Shown here piece by piece: positions 1 to 9,690 of a stretch of 64,000 bases of DNA (its first letter is position 1; each line of letters starts with the position of its first letter). Source of the DNA: an uncultured Gemmataceae bacterium (lineage in GTDB: Bacteria; Planctomycetota; Planctomycetia; Gemmatales; Gemmataceae); the NCBI GenBank assembly GCA_963750165.1, contig CAVVPN010000004.1, forward strand, positions 96,001 to 160,000, in the 5' to 3' direction. The translations under genes were made by a program, and so were the position numbers. Below the pieces are notes generated by a model that was not told the origin of the DNA, did no database searches, and saw only the letters and a list, made by a program, of their open reading frames with translations.

Positions 1-53
1 ACGCCACTCGATTTTGCAAAGAAAGATCGGACATTGCCTGACCTCATTGCGTT

Positions 54-602
54 TCAGCCCTTGCCCAGCCGCCGTTTTTTCGCGAAAAACTCCGTCAACA
101 CGCTGGCGCAGCGCTCCGCCAGCACGCCGGAGACGACCTGCGCCCGGTGGTTCAACCGTGGGTCCGCCGTGATCTGGTACAGCGTGTGACACGCCCCCGC
201 CTTGGGGTCGATGGTGCCGTAGACGACCATTGGCAGCCGCGCCAGCACGATGGCGCCGGCGCACATCGGACACGGCTCCAATGTCACATACAGGATGCAG
301 TGCTCCAGCCGCCAGGAGCCGAGCGCCTGCGCCGCCTGCGTGATGGCGATCATCTCCGCGTGCGCCGTGGGGTCCTTCAGGCGCTCACGCTGGTTGTGGC
401 CGCGGGCGATGACGCCCTGCCGCAGCGACACGATAACGGCGCCGACCGGCACCTCGTCCTCCGCTTCGGCCGCGGCCGCCTCCTCCAGCGCCATTTCCAT
501 GTGCAGCACGTGGAACGGGTGGCGCGGGTCGGTCAGGGGCAGGTCGAACGGGGACAGTTCCAAGGGTCGCTCCTGGTGGGGTTCGCGAGCCGACGGTGCC
601 AT
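54..602 (-). CDS. tadA: tRNA-specific adenosine(34) deaminase
   Basis: [24 protein letters not shown] zinc-deaminase motifs, DPKAGA and C-terminal FFxxKR; ATG at 602 overlaps the upstream stop (TGATG). Confidence 0.93.
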   Translation of the reverse strand: MAPSAREPHQERPLELSPFDLPLTDPRHPFHVLHMEMALEEAAAAEAEDEVPVGAVIVSLRQGVIARGHNQRERLKDPTAHAEMIAITQAAQALGSWRLEHCILYVTLEPCPMCAGAIVLARLPMVVYGTIDPKAGACHTLYQITADPRLNHRAQVVSGVLAERCASVLTEFFAKKRRLGKG

Positions 603-1492
603 CACGGCGCCAGCGGTGTCAGCAGTTCTTGCCAGCTGGCCACATCGAGCAAGCGCTCCAGCAACGCTTCCAGCGTTTCCGGGCTCTGGATCGCCTCGAT
701 GGCTGCCGCCGTCTGGGCGTCGGGCTCGCCGAAACGCTTGCGGCCCTGGAGCAACAGGGCCCGTTTCTCACCGACCAGGGTGCCCTCGGCGAGACCTTTC
801 GCCTGGCCCTCCTTGAGGATCATTTGAAACGTCGAAGATTTGCTCAGATCGATCATAGCGATTACCCTTTCGTAAAGCGGCCGCGTCTGTTCCTCAGGAT
901 AACGCAGGCCCATGAGCACGAACATGGCGGCCCGCAGTTTGTCGGCCGCGGCCGGCGCCATCTCCTGCCGCAACCGTTCGTCAATCCGGTCCACCACCGC
1001 CGGCAGGTCCGCGGCCGCCGCGTCGGTCAGCGGCGCCAGCGGTAGCGTGCCCACCGGCCCGGCCAGCAGCGCCGACAGCGGCAATTCCCAGACCCGGACT
1101 ACATGATAGCGAAACACCAGGTACGGCGCCGCGTCGCCCGGGTGCTGCAGCTGGTACACGCCCGTCAGGTTGCTGGCGTTGGCCTCGCGGCGCAGCAGCA
1201 GGAAGACCGAGCGCACCGGCAGTAGGTGCCGGTGGTGCAGCAGCGTCGCGTACAGGTGGCCGCGCCCCGGTAGGCCGAGCTCGTGGTCGGTCTGCGCCTC
1301 CAGGTGCAGCAACCACGGAGCGGCGGGCCCCTCGCAGCGCAGCACCTTGTCCGCCGCCGCGGTCACCGTCGAGACATCCGCGTCCACCAGCGTCACCTTC
1401 TCGACCGGCCACGGCCCCAGCACCGCCGGCCAGGCCGTCAGGTAGTCTTCGACCAGGTCTTTCAAGGTCACGTCAAACGGTCGGCTGGACAT
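602..1492 (-). CDS. Rpn/YhgA-like recombination-promoting nuclease / putative transposase with DUF4351-like tail
   Basis: AD...LHLEAQ nuclease-like core, [14 protein letters not shown] and C-terminal RKRFG...[11 protein letters not shown], all typical of this family. Confidence 0.75.
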   Translation of the reverse strand: MSSRPFDVTLKDLVEDYLTAWPAVLGPWPVEKVTLVDADVSTVTAAADKVLRCEGPAAPWLLHLEAQTDHELGLPGRGHLYATLLHHRHLLPVRSVFLLLRREANASNLTGVYQLQHPGDAAPYLVFRYHVVRVWELPLSALLAGPVGTLPLAPLTDAAAADLPAVVDRIDERLRQEMAPAAADKLRAAMFVLMGLRYPEEQTRPLYERVIAMIDLSKSSTFQMILKEGQAKGLAEGTLVGEKRALLLQGRKRFGEPDAQTAAAIEAIQSPETLEALLERLLDVASWQELLTPLAP

Positions 1493-1544
1493 CGGCGGCC
1501 TCCGCGGTCACGGGCTGGCTCTGGCGGACGTGGTTCCAGAGCAG

Positions 1545-1550
1545 TATAAT
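1545..1550 (+). promoter_or_regulatory. putative sigma70 -10 box
   Basis: Perfect TATAAT in GC-rich divergent intergenic DNA, 45 nt upstream of the GTG at 1595. Confidence 0.35.
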
Positions 1551-1594
1551 TCCTCCCGGGGAGCATCTCACAGACCGGTTTGAGAGGATCAGCC

Positions 1595-2089
1595 GTGGCC
1601 AAGGATCGTCGCAGCCGCGACCAGAAACGCCAGGCCAAGCTCGCCGAGCGGGCCAAAAAAATTTCGTCTCAGGAAAAGCTGGCCTATTCAGGGAAAAAGT
1701 ACCAGGCCCCGCCCTGGACGCCGCACGTCTTCGCCACCGAGCGGGCCGTCTATCAGACCATCGTCCTGACCGAGCGCCGCCTGACCAACGCCCAGGTGGA
1801 GGCGGCCTTCACCCAGCTCATCGCCCGGCTGCGGCAGGGGCTGCCGGGGCCCTTGCAGGAGGGCGCGGAGGAAGTCCTCTTCAGCGAGGAGAACGCCGTC
1901 GCCTATCTCATGTGGAACATCCGCCGCAACTGGGCCTTGCTGGTCCAGGAGCAGGGCCCGGTGAGCACGGAAGACCTGATCGGCATCCTGCGGACGCTGC
2001 TGTACTCGATCATCGCCCACGCCTGGAACACCGGGCCGAGCCGTGGTTACGTGGCATTCCTGTACGACTTCCTGCGCGGGCAAGTGTGA
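1595..2089 (+). CDS. hypothetical protein
   Basis: GTG start after GAGAGG; protein-like composition with GC-rich third positions; basic N-terminus. Confidence 0.7.
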   Translation: MAKDRRSRDQKRQAKLAERAKKISSQEKLAYSGKKYQAPPWTPHVFATERAVYQTIVLTERRLTNAQVEAAFTQLIARLRQGLPGPLQEGAEEVLFSEENAVAYLMWNIRRNWALLVQEQGPVSTEDLIGILRTLLYSIIAHAWNTGPSRGYVAFLYDFLRGQV

Positions 2090-2212
2090 CCGCGGTGGGT
2101 CTGCGGCCCGGCTTTTCCTCTTGTGCCATTTTGTCCCGTTTGATAATGGATTAATATCTCCGCGATTTCGCCTGTTCCGACGCGGCCCTCCCCACGGTAC
2201 TTGGACCCAGGC

Positions 2213-2470
2213 ATGGATAGCCACTCCGTTCCGATTGCCAACGGCCCCGAGCACGTCGAGCCCGACGCCAGCGCCCCGGCGTACGTGCAGTTGGTCCAGA
2301 AGTTGCAGGAGAAAATGCGGGAGGCGCCGGATTGGACGCTGCGCCGCCAGGTGCCCCCGAAGACGGAAATTCGCAAATTCGCCGCGGCGGTGCTACAATT
2401 ACTCCAGATGGCAGCACCCCACCTTTTCGCAGACTACCAGCTTGTACCTTTGCCCAATGGCACCCTGTAA
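2213..2470 (+). CDS. small hypothetical protein
   Basis: 85-aa ORF with helical, protein-like sequence upstream of rho. Confidence 0.5.
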   Translation: MDSHSVPIANGPEHVEPDASAPAYVQLVQKLQEKMREAPDWTLRRQVPPKTEIRKFAAAVLQLLQMAAPHLFADYQLVPLPNGTL

Positions 2471-2614
2471 AGCAGTCACCAGCCAGCGCAAAGGGTAAGC
2501 TACCCCTCGTGTCGCATTTTGGAAAGGATGAAGGACGCGGGAGGAGGACGCCTTGCAGGCAAACTCGCGCCGCATCACCGGCCCGGGTGATCCTCCCCGC
2601 CGTTCCGAGTATCT

Positions 2615-3739
2615 ATGGCTCATGACAATGCGTCGGCCCAGGGCGTGCTTGAGTTGCACCCCAAGGGCTTCGGCTTTCTCCGCAGTCCCGCCCGCAGCTA
2701 TGTTGCCCAGCCGGCGGACCCCTTTGTGCCGCAGCAGCTGATTCAGAAGTATCGGCTGCGCGAGGGCGACCTCGTACGCGGCCCCACCCAGCCCAACAAG
2801 AAGGGCCAGGGCCCTCTCGTGCAGCGTGTCGAGGAGATCGAGGGCGCCAATCCCGAAACCTTCACGCGCCGCAAATTCGACGATCTCACCCCCATCGACC
2901 CCAGCGAGCGCATCGTCCTGGAAACCGGCCCCGAGCCGTTGACCACGCGCGTCATGGACCTGCTGACGCCCATCGGCAAGGGTCAACGCGGTCTGATCGT
3001 CGCGCCGCCGCGCACCGGCAAAACGGTCCTCTTGCAGCACATTGCCCAGGCGGTGGCCAAAAATCATCCCGAGATGCACCTGATGATGCTGCTGATCGAC
3101 GAGCGGCCCGAGGAGGTGACGGACATGCGCCGCACCATCCAGGGCGAGGTCATCGCCAGTAGCAGCGACCGCGACACCTCCGCTCACATCCGTCTGGCCG
3201 AGCTGGTGGTGGAGCGTTCGCGGCGGTTGGCGGAGCAGGGCCGGCAGGTGTTCGTGCTGCTCGACAGCTTGACGCGGCTGGCGCGGGCGTACAACAAGGC
3301 CGCCGGCAACAGCGGTCGCACCATGTCCGGCGGCATCGACATCCGGGCGCTGGAGGTGCCCAAGCGGCTGTTCGGCACCGCCCGCGCCTTTGAAGAGGGC
3401 GGTTCGCTGACGGTGATGGGCACCGCCCTGATCGAGACCGGCTCGCGCATGGACGACATCATCTTTCAGGAGTTCAAGGGCACCGGCAACATGGAACTGG
3501 TGCTCGACCGCAAGCTGGCCGACCGCCGCGTCTACCCGGCGCTGGATATTAGCCAGTCCGGCACGCGCAAGGAGGAGCGGTTGCTGCCGCCGGACGTGCT
3601 CAAGCAGGTGAATCTGCTGCGGCGCACGCTCGTGCAGATGAACCCCGTGCAGGCGATGGAAATGCTGGTCAAGAAGCTGGCCGAGTCCAAGTCGAATGCC
3701 GATTTTCTGGCGCGATTCAACCCGTCCGCGCGCGGCTGA
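2615..3739 (+). CDS. rho: transcription termination factor Rho (short form)
   Basis: GFGFLR RNA-binding motif, IGKGQRGLIVAPPRTGKT P-loop, LIDERPEEVTDM, DSLTRLARAYN, FKGTGNMEL, SGTRKEE. Confidence 0.97.
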   Translation: MAHDNASAQGVLELHPKGFGFLRSPARSYVAQPADPFVPQQLIQKYRLREGDLVRGPTQPNKKGQGPLVQRVEEIEGANPETFTRRKFDDLTPIDPSERIVLETGPEPLTTRVMDLLTPIGKGQRGLIVAPPRTGKTVLLQHIAQAVAKNHPEMHLMMLLIDERPEEVTDMRRTIQGEVIASSSDRDTSAHIRLAELVVERSRRLAEQGRQVFVLLDSLTRLARAYNKAAGNSGRTMSGGIDIRALEVPKRLFGTARAFEEGGSLTVMGTALIETGSRMDDIIFQEFKGTGNMELVLDRKLADRRVYPALDISQSGTRKEERLLPPDVLKQVNLLRRTLVQMNPVQAMEMLVKKLAESKSNADFLARFNPSARG

Positions 3740-3753
3740 CCTTCGGGGGCACC

Positions 3754-4422
3754 ATGATCCGGGCCGACTTCAGTTTCGACCAGCGTCTTCGGGAGATCGA
3801 CATATTCTTCCAGGGCAACAGTCCCGTTCACCACACGATGGCGCGGGTGGTCGAGAAACTCGAACAGGCCGGCATTCCGTACGCCATCGTCGGCGGCATG
3901 GCGGTCAACGCCCATCAATACGAGCGCACCACGAAAGATCTGGATCTGCTGCTGACTTCGGCAGGGTTCGCGGAGTTCGTGCGGCAATTTGTCCCGGGCG
4001 ATTTTGAGCAGTTTCCAAATCGCCCGCGCCGCTTCCGTGACCGGGCGAACGGGGTCACGTTTGACGTGCTCCTCACGGGCTATTTTCCGGGCACCGGACA
4101 ACCGGGGCCAATTTCCTATCCCGACCCCGCCTCGGTTAACGAGGTGATCGAACAAAAGCGCGTCGTCAACCTGCCCACGCTCATCGAATTGAAGCTGGCG
4201 GCCCGGCGACACAGGGATTTCGGCGACGTGGTGGAGTTGATCCGCGTTCATGACCTGGACGAATCCTTCCAGGCCAAACTGCACCCTTCAGTGCACCGCG
4301 ATTTTATCGAGTGCCTGGAAGAAAAGCGCCGCGACGACGAATACGAAGCGCGGTCCGACCAGAGGCTTGAGGATCAGAGAAAAACTGACCCTCCGCCCAG
4401 TCCGGGGCCGAGTTCATCTTGA
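3754..4422 (+). CDS. Pol-beta-superfamily nucleotidyltransferase-like protein
   Basis: YAIVGGMAV...RTTKDLDLL (GG..DxD) and LIELKL...R.RD..D motifs. Confidence 0.65.
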   Translation: MIRADFSFDQRLREIDIFFQGNSPVHHTMARVVEKLEQAGIPYAIVGGMAVNAHQYERTTKDLDLLLTSAGFAEFVRQFVPGDFEQFPNRPRRFRDRANGVTFDVLLTGYFPGTGQPGPISYPDPASVNEVIEQKRVVNLPTLIELKLAARRHRDFGDVVELIRVHDLDESFQAKLHPSVHRDFIECLEEKRRDDEYEARSDQRLEDQRKTDPPPSPGPSSS

Positions 4423-4460
4423 CCCTGTCGAAGCAGCGATTATACTTTGTCGTGTAAAGT
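4419..4460 (+). promoter_or_regulatory. sigma70-like promoter overlapped by operator-like palindrome
   Basis: TTGACC (4419-4424), 16-nt spacer, TATACT (4441-4446); ACTTT-N7-AAAGT at 4444-4460. Confidence 0.55.
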
Positions 4461-4520
4461 TGGCAACGGGATTGGCCGATTCGGAACGGTAAGGAGGCTG
4501 GCGGAGCGGGGAGTGCGGGC

Positions 4521-5144
4521 ATGGACCTCCGGGAGGCGTTGACGCAGATTTCCGAAATCCGCGAGCAGGTCGCGCGCGCGGAGGTGTTCCGCGGCTATCG
4601 CGCCGTGCCGGTCGCATTCTCGGGCCTGCTGGCGCTGACCGTCGCCACCTTCCAGTCGGCCTGGCTCGGCGACCCGACCGCCCACGTTGAGACGTACCTG
4701 GCACTATGGGTCGGCGCCGCCCTGCTCAGCATGCTCGCCACCGCCGTCGAGATGCTGCTCGACAACAAACGCCGCCGTTCGCCCCTGGCCCTGCAAACCA
4801 CCTGGCTGGCACTCGGCCAGTTCATGCCGAGCGTCGTCGCCGGCGGGTTGCTGCTGCTCGTGCTGACCCTGCACGCGCGCGAGAGCCTGTGGATGCTGCC
4901 GGGATTGTGGGCACTGCTGTTCAGCCTGGGCATCTTCGCCTCGTACCGGCTGCTGCCGCGCGCCACCTTCTGGGTGGCGGCGTTTTACATGGCCGCCGGC
5001 GCCGTCTGCCTGGCCCTTGGCCCCGCGGCACTGTCGCCCTGGACGATGGGGGTGCCGTTCGGCGTCGGCCAGCTGTTCGCCGCCGCGGTACTCTACTGGA
5101 CCCTGGAACGCAACGATGCTGAACCCGAAGCAGAAAAACCTTGA
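4521..5144 (+). CDS. integral membrane protein (about 6 TM)
   Basis: Amphipathic N-terminus then repeated hydrophobic helices; overlaps the downstream regulator gene. Confidence 0.8.
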   Translation: MDLREALTQISEIREQVARAEVFRGYRAVPVAFSGLLALTVATFQSAWLGDPTAHVETYLALWVGAALLSMLATAVEMLLDNKRRRSPLALQTTWLALGQFMPSVVAGGLLLLVLTLHARESLWMLPGLWALLFSLGIFASYRLLPRATFWVAAFYMAAGAVCLALGPAALSPWTMGVPFGVGQLFAAAVLYWTLERNDAEPEAEKP

Positions 5145-5511
5145 CGCCATCGGCCGCTTCGCCTACGACCTGGATCCCGTCATCCACGAGAAGGCGCGGC
5201 TGCGGATCATCGCGTCGCTCTCGACGCATCCGGCCGGCGTGGTCTTTGCGGACCTGAAGGAGTTGTGCGCTCTGACCGACGGCAACCTGAGCCGGCACCT
5301 GCAACTGCTGCACGAGGAGCGGCTGATCGACATCAACAAGGGGTTCCAGAACAACCGGCCGCAGACGCTGTGCCGGCTCACCGCCGAGGGTCGCCGCCGG
5401 TTCCTGGAATACATCAACGTGCTCGAAGGCATCATCACGGATGGCCTGGGCTCGGTGCAGCCGGAGACGGCTCCCGGGCAACCGTTCTCGGAGGGCTGGT
5501 CGCCCGCCTGA
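5116..5511 (+). CDS. winged-helix transcriptional regulator (ArsR/MarR-like)
   Basis: LDPVIHEKARLRI...LTDGNLSRHL...RPQT..LT.EGR signature. Confidence 0.85.
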   Translation: MLNPKQKNLDAIGRFAYDLDPVIHEKARLRIIASLSTHPAGVVFADLKELCALTDGNLSRHLQLLHEERLIDINKGFQNNRPQTLCRLTAEGRRRFLEYINVLEGIITDGLGSVQPETAPGQPFSEGWSPA

Positions 5512-5516
5512 ACGGC

Positions 5517-5541
5517 GGCCGTCACCGGACGGCCTTTTTTT
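5517..5541 (+). terminator. intrinsic terminator
   Basis: GGCCGTC-accg-GACGGCC stem followed by T7, just after the regulator stop. Confidence 0.8.
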
Positions 5542-5551
5542 CTACCCAAAA

Positions 5552-5568
5552 ACTTTACACGGCAAAGC
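5552..5568. promoter_or_regulatory. operator-like palindrome upstream of ispH
   Basis: ACTTTACACGGCAAAGC matches the reverse complement of 4444-4460 (ACTTTACACGACAAAGT) at 15/17. Confidence 0.6.
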
Positions 5569-5661
5569 ACACGGACGGGCAAAGCCGCCCAGGGCGCCGC
5601 TCTTGCCGGCACCTGGGCTCGCGACACAGGAAGAGGTCGCCCACAACGGAAGGGGAAGGCC

Positions 5662-6575
5662 ATGAAAGTGATTCGCGCGGAAGTGCTGGGCCTGTGTTTC
5701 GGCGTGCGCGACGCCCTGAGCGCCCTGGACGCCATCGCGGAGCCGGCGAAGGTCACGATCCACGGCGAACTGGTCCACAATGACATCGTGCTGACCCAGC
5801 TGGGGGCGCACGGCTTCCGCATGGTCGGGGAGGCGGCGCGGCAGCTGATGCCGGAGACGGACATGGTGCTGATTACGGCGCACGGCGTCAGCAACGTGGA
5901 GCGGGCCCGGCTGGAGGCGGCCGGCAAGACGCTGGTGGACACGACCTGTCCGCTGGTGACGCGCGCCACCAGGCTGCGCAAAAGTTGCAGGAGCGCGGCT
6001 ATCACGTCCTGGTGATCGGCCGGCGCGGCCACGTTGAGGTGCAGGGCATCGTCGAGGACCTGCGGAGTTATGACGTGTTGCAGAACCTGGAGGAAGTGCG
6101 CCGCTTCCCACACGCACGGCTGGGCGTGATGTGCCAGACGACGACGCCGGCGCGGCACGTCGCGGCGATGCGGCAGGCGATCGCGCAGCACAACCCCGAC
6201 GCGGACGTGTGCTTCATCGACACGGTCTGCCATCCGACCAAGGACCATCAGGCAGCGCTGGAGCGGTTGCTGGAACAGGTGGGCGTCGTGGTCGTGGTGG
6301 GGGGCCGGCAGTCGAACAACACGCGCGAGCTGGTGGCGCGCTGCCGTGAAGCCGGGGCGACGGCGTACCATGTGCAGGGCGCCGCGGATGTGCGGCCGGA
6401 GTGGTTCGCGGGGGTGGACGTGGTGGGTTTGACGGCGGGCACCTCGACGCTGGACACGACGATTGACGAGGTGCAGGCGGCGCTGGAGGCCATCCGGGGC
6501 GAACGGCCTTGTCCGCCAGCCCTGCTTCCCCTTTGGCCCGCTGCAGGCACTCCTCGACCCGGTGCTACGCCTTGA
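5662..6575 (+). CDS. ispH: 4-hydroxy-3-methylbut-2-enyl diphosphate reductase; frame break near 5970
   Basis: Three cluster Cys (GLCFGV, DTTCPLV, DTVCHPT), ITAHG, GHVEV, SNN and TAGTST, split over ORFs 5662..6015 and 5985..6575; the extreme C-terminus reads into IS remnant DNA. Confidence 0.88.
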
Positions 6576-6972
6576 ACACCCGCGCGTACTCCGCCAGCGG
6601 CGTCGTCAGCGAGGCATTGGAGAGCAGGTAATCGTGCTTCCACGCGCCATCGCCTTGCCGCTCCCGGAACACCCCCAGAACCTCCGCTACCGCCGACGCC
6701 CGGCCCGCGGTGCGCGCCTGCACCAGCGTCCACACGGCCTGCACCTGCACCGGGCCTTTTTCCCCCACCCGAACCGCGATCGTCTGCCACACCGCCTCCG
6801 CCACCGCGGCGCACCAGCAATCCACACGCACGAAGGGCGTGCGCGGCCGACGGCCCCGGCCCGTGGGCGGCGGGTCGGCGGCGGCCAGGTCGCGCACCGA
6901 GGTGTTCGACGGCACGGCCAGCAACTAGCACTCGCCCCGCGCGCGCAACTGCTCGCGGAACCACGAACAGCC
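6505..6972 (-). mobile_element. IS701-family transposase remnant
   Basis: Reads WFREQLRARGEC*LLAVPSNTSVRDL...DYLLSNA...VFKA*HRVEECLQRAKGEAGLAD, with in-frame TAG at 6925-6927 and 6565-6567; no terminal IRs seen. Confidence 0.75.
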
Positions 6973-6974
6973 CG

Positions 6975-7142
6975 AAGTTCGCGGGGTTCGTGCAGCGGCG
7001 GCCGCGGCTCCCGCCGGGCGCTTGGGGGCTCATGGCCGCGGTACTGGGCCGACTGGTACGGCTCGACGACGCCTGGGGCAAGCCGGACGAGGCGGCGAAG
7101 TGGCGCAAGGTGCTGGCGGACGTGCCAAAGTCGGCGAAGTAA
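6975..7142 (+). pseudogene. C-terminal remnant of a kinase/TPR-type protein
   Basis: Reads ...LGRLVRLDDAWGKPDEAAKWRKVL...*, the tail typical of planctomycete Ser/Thr kinase-TPR proteins; no start codon, abuts the IS remnant. Confidence 0.6.
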
Positions 7143-7152
7143 CGGCGCCCGG

Positions 7153-7182
7153 ACTTTTCCATACAATACTTTTCCATACAAT
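7153..7182. repeat. 15-bp perfect tandem duplication
   Basis: ACTTTTCCATACAAT x2. Confidence 0.9.
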
Positions 7183-7266
7183 GCCGGTGGCAGACCGATT
7201 CAATACGGGGAGTCCCAATCTGGCCGCGCTATGGCAGCCCGGCTGTTTCCCAACTGGAGGTGCGTG

Positions 7267-7575
7267 ATGAGTTCCGCGTGGAAAGGTGCGTTGGCGCTGG
7301 CAGTGTTGCTGGCGCTGATCGGCGGCGTCGTGATTGGCGCCAACCTGTCGCAGCCCGCGGCCGCCCAGCAGGGCGGCGGTGGCGGCGGCCCGCGCTACAC
7401 CGTGGTGGAGACGCAGGGGCACAACCTGCTCGTCACGGACAACAAATCGAACACGCTTTACTACTACACCATCGACAAGGACGAGAAGGTCGGTGCCGAC
7501 CTGAAGTTGCGGGGGTCGGTCGATCTGACCCAGGTGGGCAAGGACACCATCAAGATCACCAAGGCAACCAAGTGA
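7267..7575 (+). CDS. small secreted hypothetical protein
   Basis: GGAGG RBS, signal-peptide-like N-terminus (AAA-Q), Gly linker, beta-rich domain. Confidence 0.8.
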   Translation: MSSAWKGALALAVLLALIGGVVIGANLSQPAAAQQGGGGGGPRYTVVETQGHNLLVTDNKSNTLYYYTIDKDEKVGADLKLRGSVDLTQVGKDTIKITKATK

Positions 7576-7658
7576 GCGGGCTCCCGGCAGGCCCCCGGGC
7601 ACCAACCGGGGCCTGCCGGACTTCACCGGATTCAGTCTTCACAGACAGGAGCACCTCC

Positions 7659-8147
7659 ATGAGACGCAACACGTTCCTGACCGCCGGACTGGCGCTGCTG
7701 GGCCTGCTGGTCACCGGGCCCGCAGTCTCGGCCCAGTACTACGGGAACACCGCCGCTTACAACCCCTACACGGGCGGGGCCTACACCAGGACTGCCGCCT
7801 CCAACCCCTATACCGGGACCAGTGGTGCGGCCACGACGGGCTACAACCCGTACACCGGGACGCACGCCGGCTCGGCCACGACCAGCAACCCCTACACGGG
7901 CCGGACCACCAGCACCCAGGCGGCGTACAACCCCTACACCGGGGGTGCCGCCGCGTCCCGGACGTCCCACAACGCCTACACGGGGGGAACCACCCAGCAG
8001 ACGGCATACCACAACCCCTACACGGGCGGCAACACGCACACGCAGTCTTACACCAACCCTTACACCGGCACGTCGGCACACGCCGCGGAGTACCACAACC
8101 CCTACACGGGCAGGACGGCCGTCCGGGCAGGCGGGTTCCGCCGCTGA
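7659..8147 (+). CDS. secreted protein with nine 14-aa NPYTG repeats
   Basis: AGGAG RBS, signal peptide (VSA-Q), N(P/A)YTG every 14 residues. Confidence 0.85.
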   Translation: MRRNTFLTAGLALLGLLVTGPAVSAQYYGNTAAYNPYTGGAYTRTAASNPYTGTSGAATTGYNPYTGTHAGSATTSNPYTGRTTSTQAAYNPYTGGAAASRTSHNAYTGGTTQQTAYHNPYTGGNTHTQSYTNPYTGTSAHAAEYHNPYTGRTAVRAGGFRR

Positions 8148-8180
8148 GCGCCCGGGGTCGCACGTGCTGAGCGCACGCTC

Positions 8181-8813
8181 GACGGCTTCGTCGGCGACCC
8201 CTACGCCGCCGGCGCGGCGGTGCGCTGGCTGCACGAGAACGCGCCGGGGTTGCGCGCCAAACGGCAGCCGTTCCTGATGGTCGCCAGCTTCGTCAACCCG
8301 CACGACATCATGTTCGTCGATGCCAACGTGCCCGGGAAGCCCGCGGTGCAGAAGGCCCTCGCCCAAGGCGTGCTGGCGCCCGTGCCGCGCAGCGCCCTCT
8401 ACGAACGTCAGTGGGAACTCACGCTGCCGCGCAGCCTGCAGGAGTCGCTCAAGGCGCCGGAATGCCGGCGGCGCTGGCGGAGTACGACCGCGGTTGGTCG
8501 GGCTTCTTCGGCGTCATCCCGACCGACCGCAAGGATATGTGGTACCGCTACAACAACCACTACCTCAACTGCCTGCGCGACAGCGACCGCAGCATCCAGC
8601 CTCTGCAAGCACAACGACGTGCAGGTCTTCGACCTGAAGGAGGACCCGGACGAGATGCGCAACCTGGCCCTGGAGCCGGAAAAACACCAGGCCCTCATCC
8701 TGCGCCTCAACGGCCTGCTGAACGAGTACGTGGCCCGGGAAATCGGCGTCAACGACGGCGGTTTCCTGCCGAAAATCGTGCGCCCCAGGAAGGCGCCGCT
8801 GACGTTCGAGTAG
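8181..8813 (+). pseudogene. sulfatase-like hydrolase remnant
   Basis: QPFLMVASFVNPHD and FDLKEDPDEMRNLA motifs; no N-terminus or CxPxR motif; frame break near 8460 and apparent internal deletion near 8600. Confidence 0.7.
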
Positions 8814-8855
8814 TGGTTTCTTGCAGCTGAGTTGTTGCGTAGGAAGGCGCTCCCC

Positions 8856-9317
8856 ATGAAAACCCGGTGGCTATTCCTCGTGACGGCGTTGGCGGAAGGG
8901 GGAACCGGGCTCGCCCTGCTTGTCACCCCCTCCGGCGTCGCGGAGTTGTTGCTGGGGGTCGGGCTCGATTCCCCGGCGGCCCTGGTCGTCGGTAGGATCA
9001 CCGGGGCCGCCCTGGTGAGTCTGAGTGTGGCCTGCTGGCCGCGGGACGGCGAACCCAGGGGACAGGTCGGGCTGCTCGTCGGCCTGCTCATTTACAACGC
9101 GGCCGTCCCGCTGCTGCTCATCTCGGCCGCCCTCTCCGCGGCGCTGCACGGGGTTGCCCTCTGGCCGGCGAGCCTGTTGCACACGGCCCTGGCCGTGTGG
9201 TGTGTCCTGTGCCTGGCCCTTCCCCGCCGCCGGGGGGCGCCGGAGGTCTACAGGCCCATTAGAGTCGTCATGAACTGGGGTTCACCCAGAGTTCATGAAA
9301 ATGGCCGCTACCACTGA
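8856..9317 (+). CDS. small membrane protein (about 4 TM)
   Basis: AGGAAGG RBS; hydrophobic helices with E.GTGLALL..P and YN motifs. Confidence 0.65.
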   Translation: MKTRWLFLVTALAEGGTGLALLVTPSGVAELLLGVGLDSPAALVVGRITGAALVSLSVACWPRDGEPRGQVGLLVGLLIYNAAVPLLLISAALSAALHGVALWPASLLHTALAVWCVLCLALPRRRGAPEVYRPIRVVMNWGSPRVHENGRYH

Positions 9318-9589
9318 ACGTACTATCAGGAATGCGGCCTATTTACAGAGCAGTGGTTCGCAGACGACTGTAGCGGTCGTGTCTTTCGCCCCGAAGGGGC
9401 GGGACAACTTAGCGTACACCCGAAACCTTGCATTCTCATCAGGTCTGCGAGGCGCAGCGCGTCCCGCCTGCCGGCGTTCCCCAGAGTGGTTGGTCAGTTC
9501 GGGAGCGGATCGGGGTGTGGGAAGCCGGCAGCCCTCAGAAGCACAACACCCGTCTACGTCCCAGAGTTTCTGTTGAGGGGATGTTGGCC

Positions 9590-9690
9590 GGGCGGCGAGT
9601 CGGCCGATCCGGAACACCGCCCATAGTCCCAGGGGCCCACTGTAGAGTGCGGTGACGGGCCAGACGACGTTCATGATCCACATGCGCTCT
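9590..9690 (-). pseudogene. fragment of DUF4396-like membrane protein
   Basis: MWIMNVVWPVTALYSGPLGLWAVFRIGR resembles the N-terminal part of that family; similarity stops abruptly. Confidence 0.5.

Noticed and set aside
7745..8110. 42-nt periodic AACCCCTACACGGG repeats as a CRISPR array
   Set aside because: They lie in frame inside a signal-peptide-bearing ORF, vary at synonymous positions and have no cas genes nearby; this is a protein repeat.
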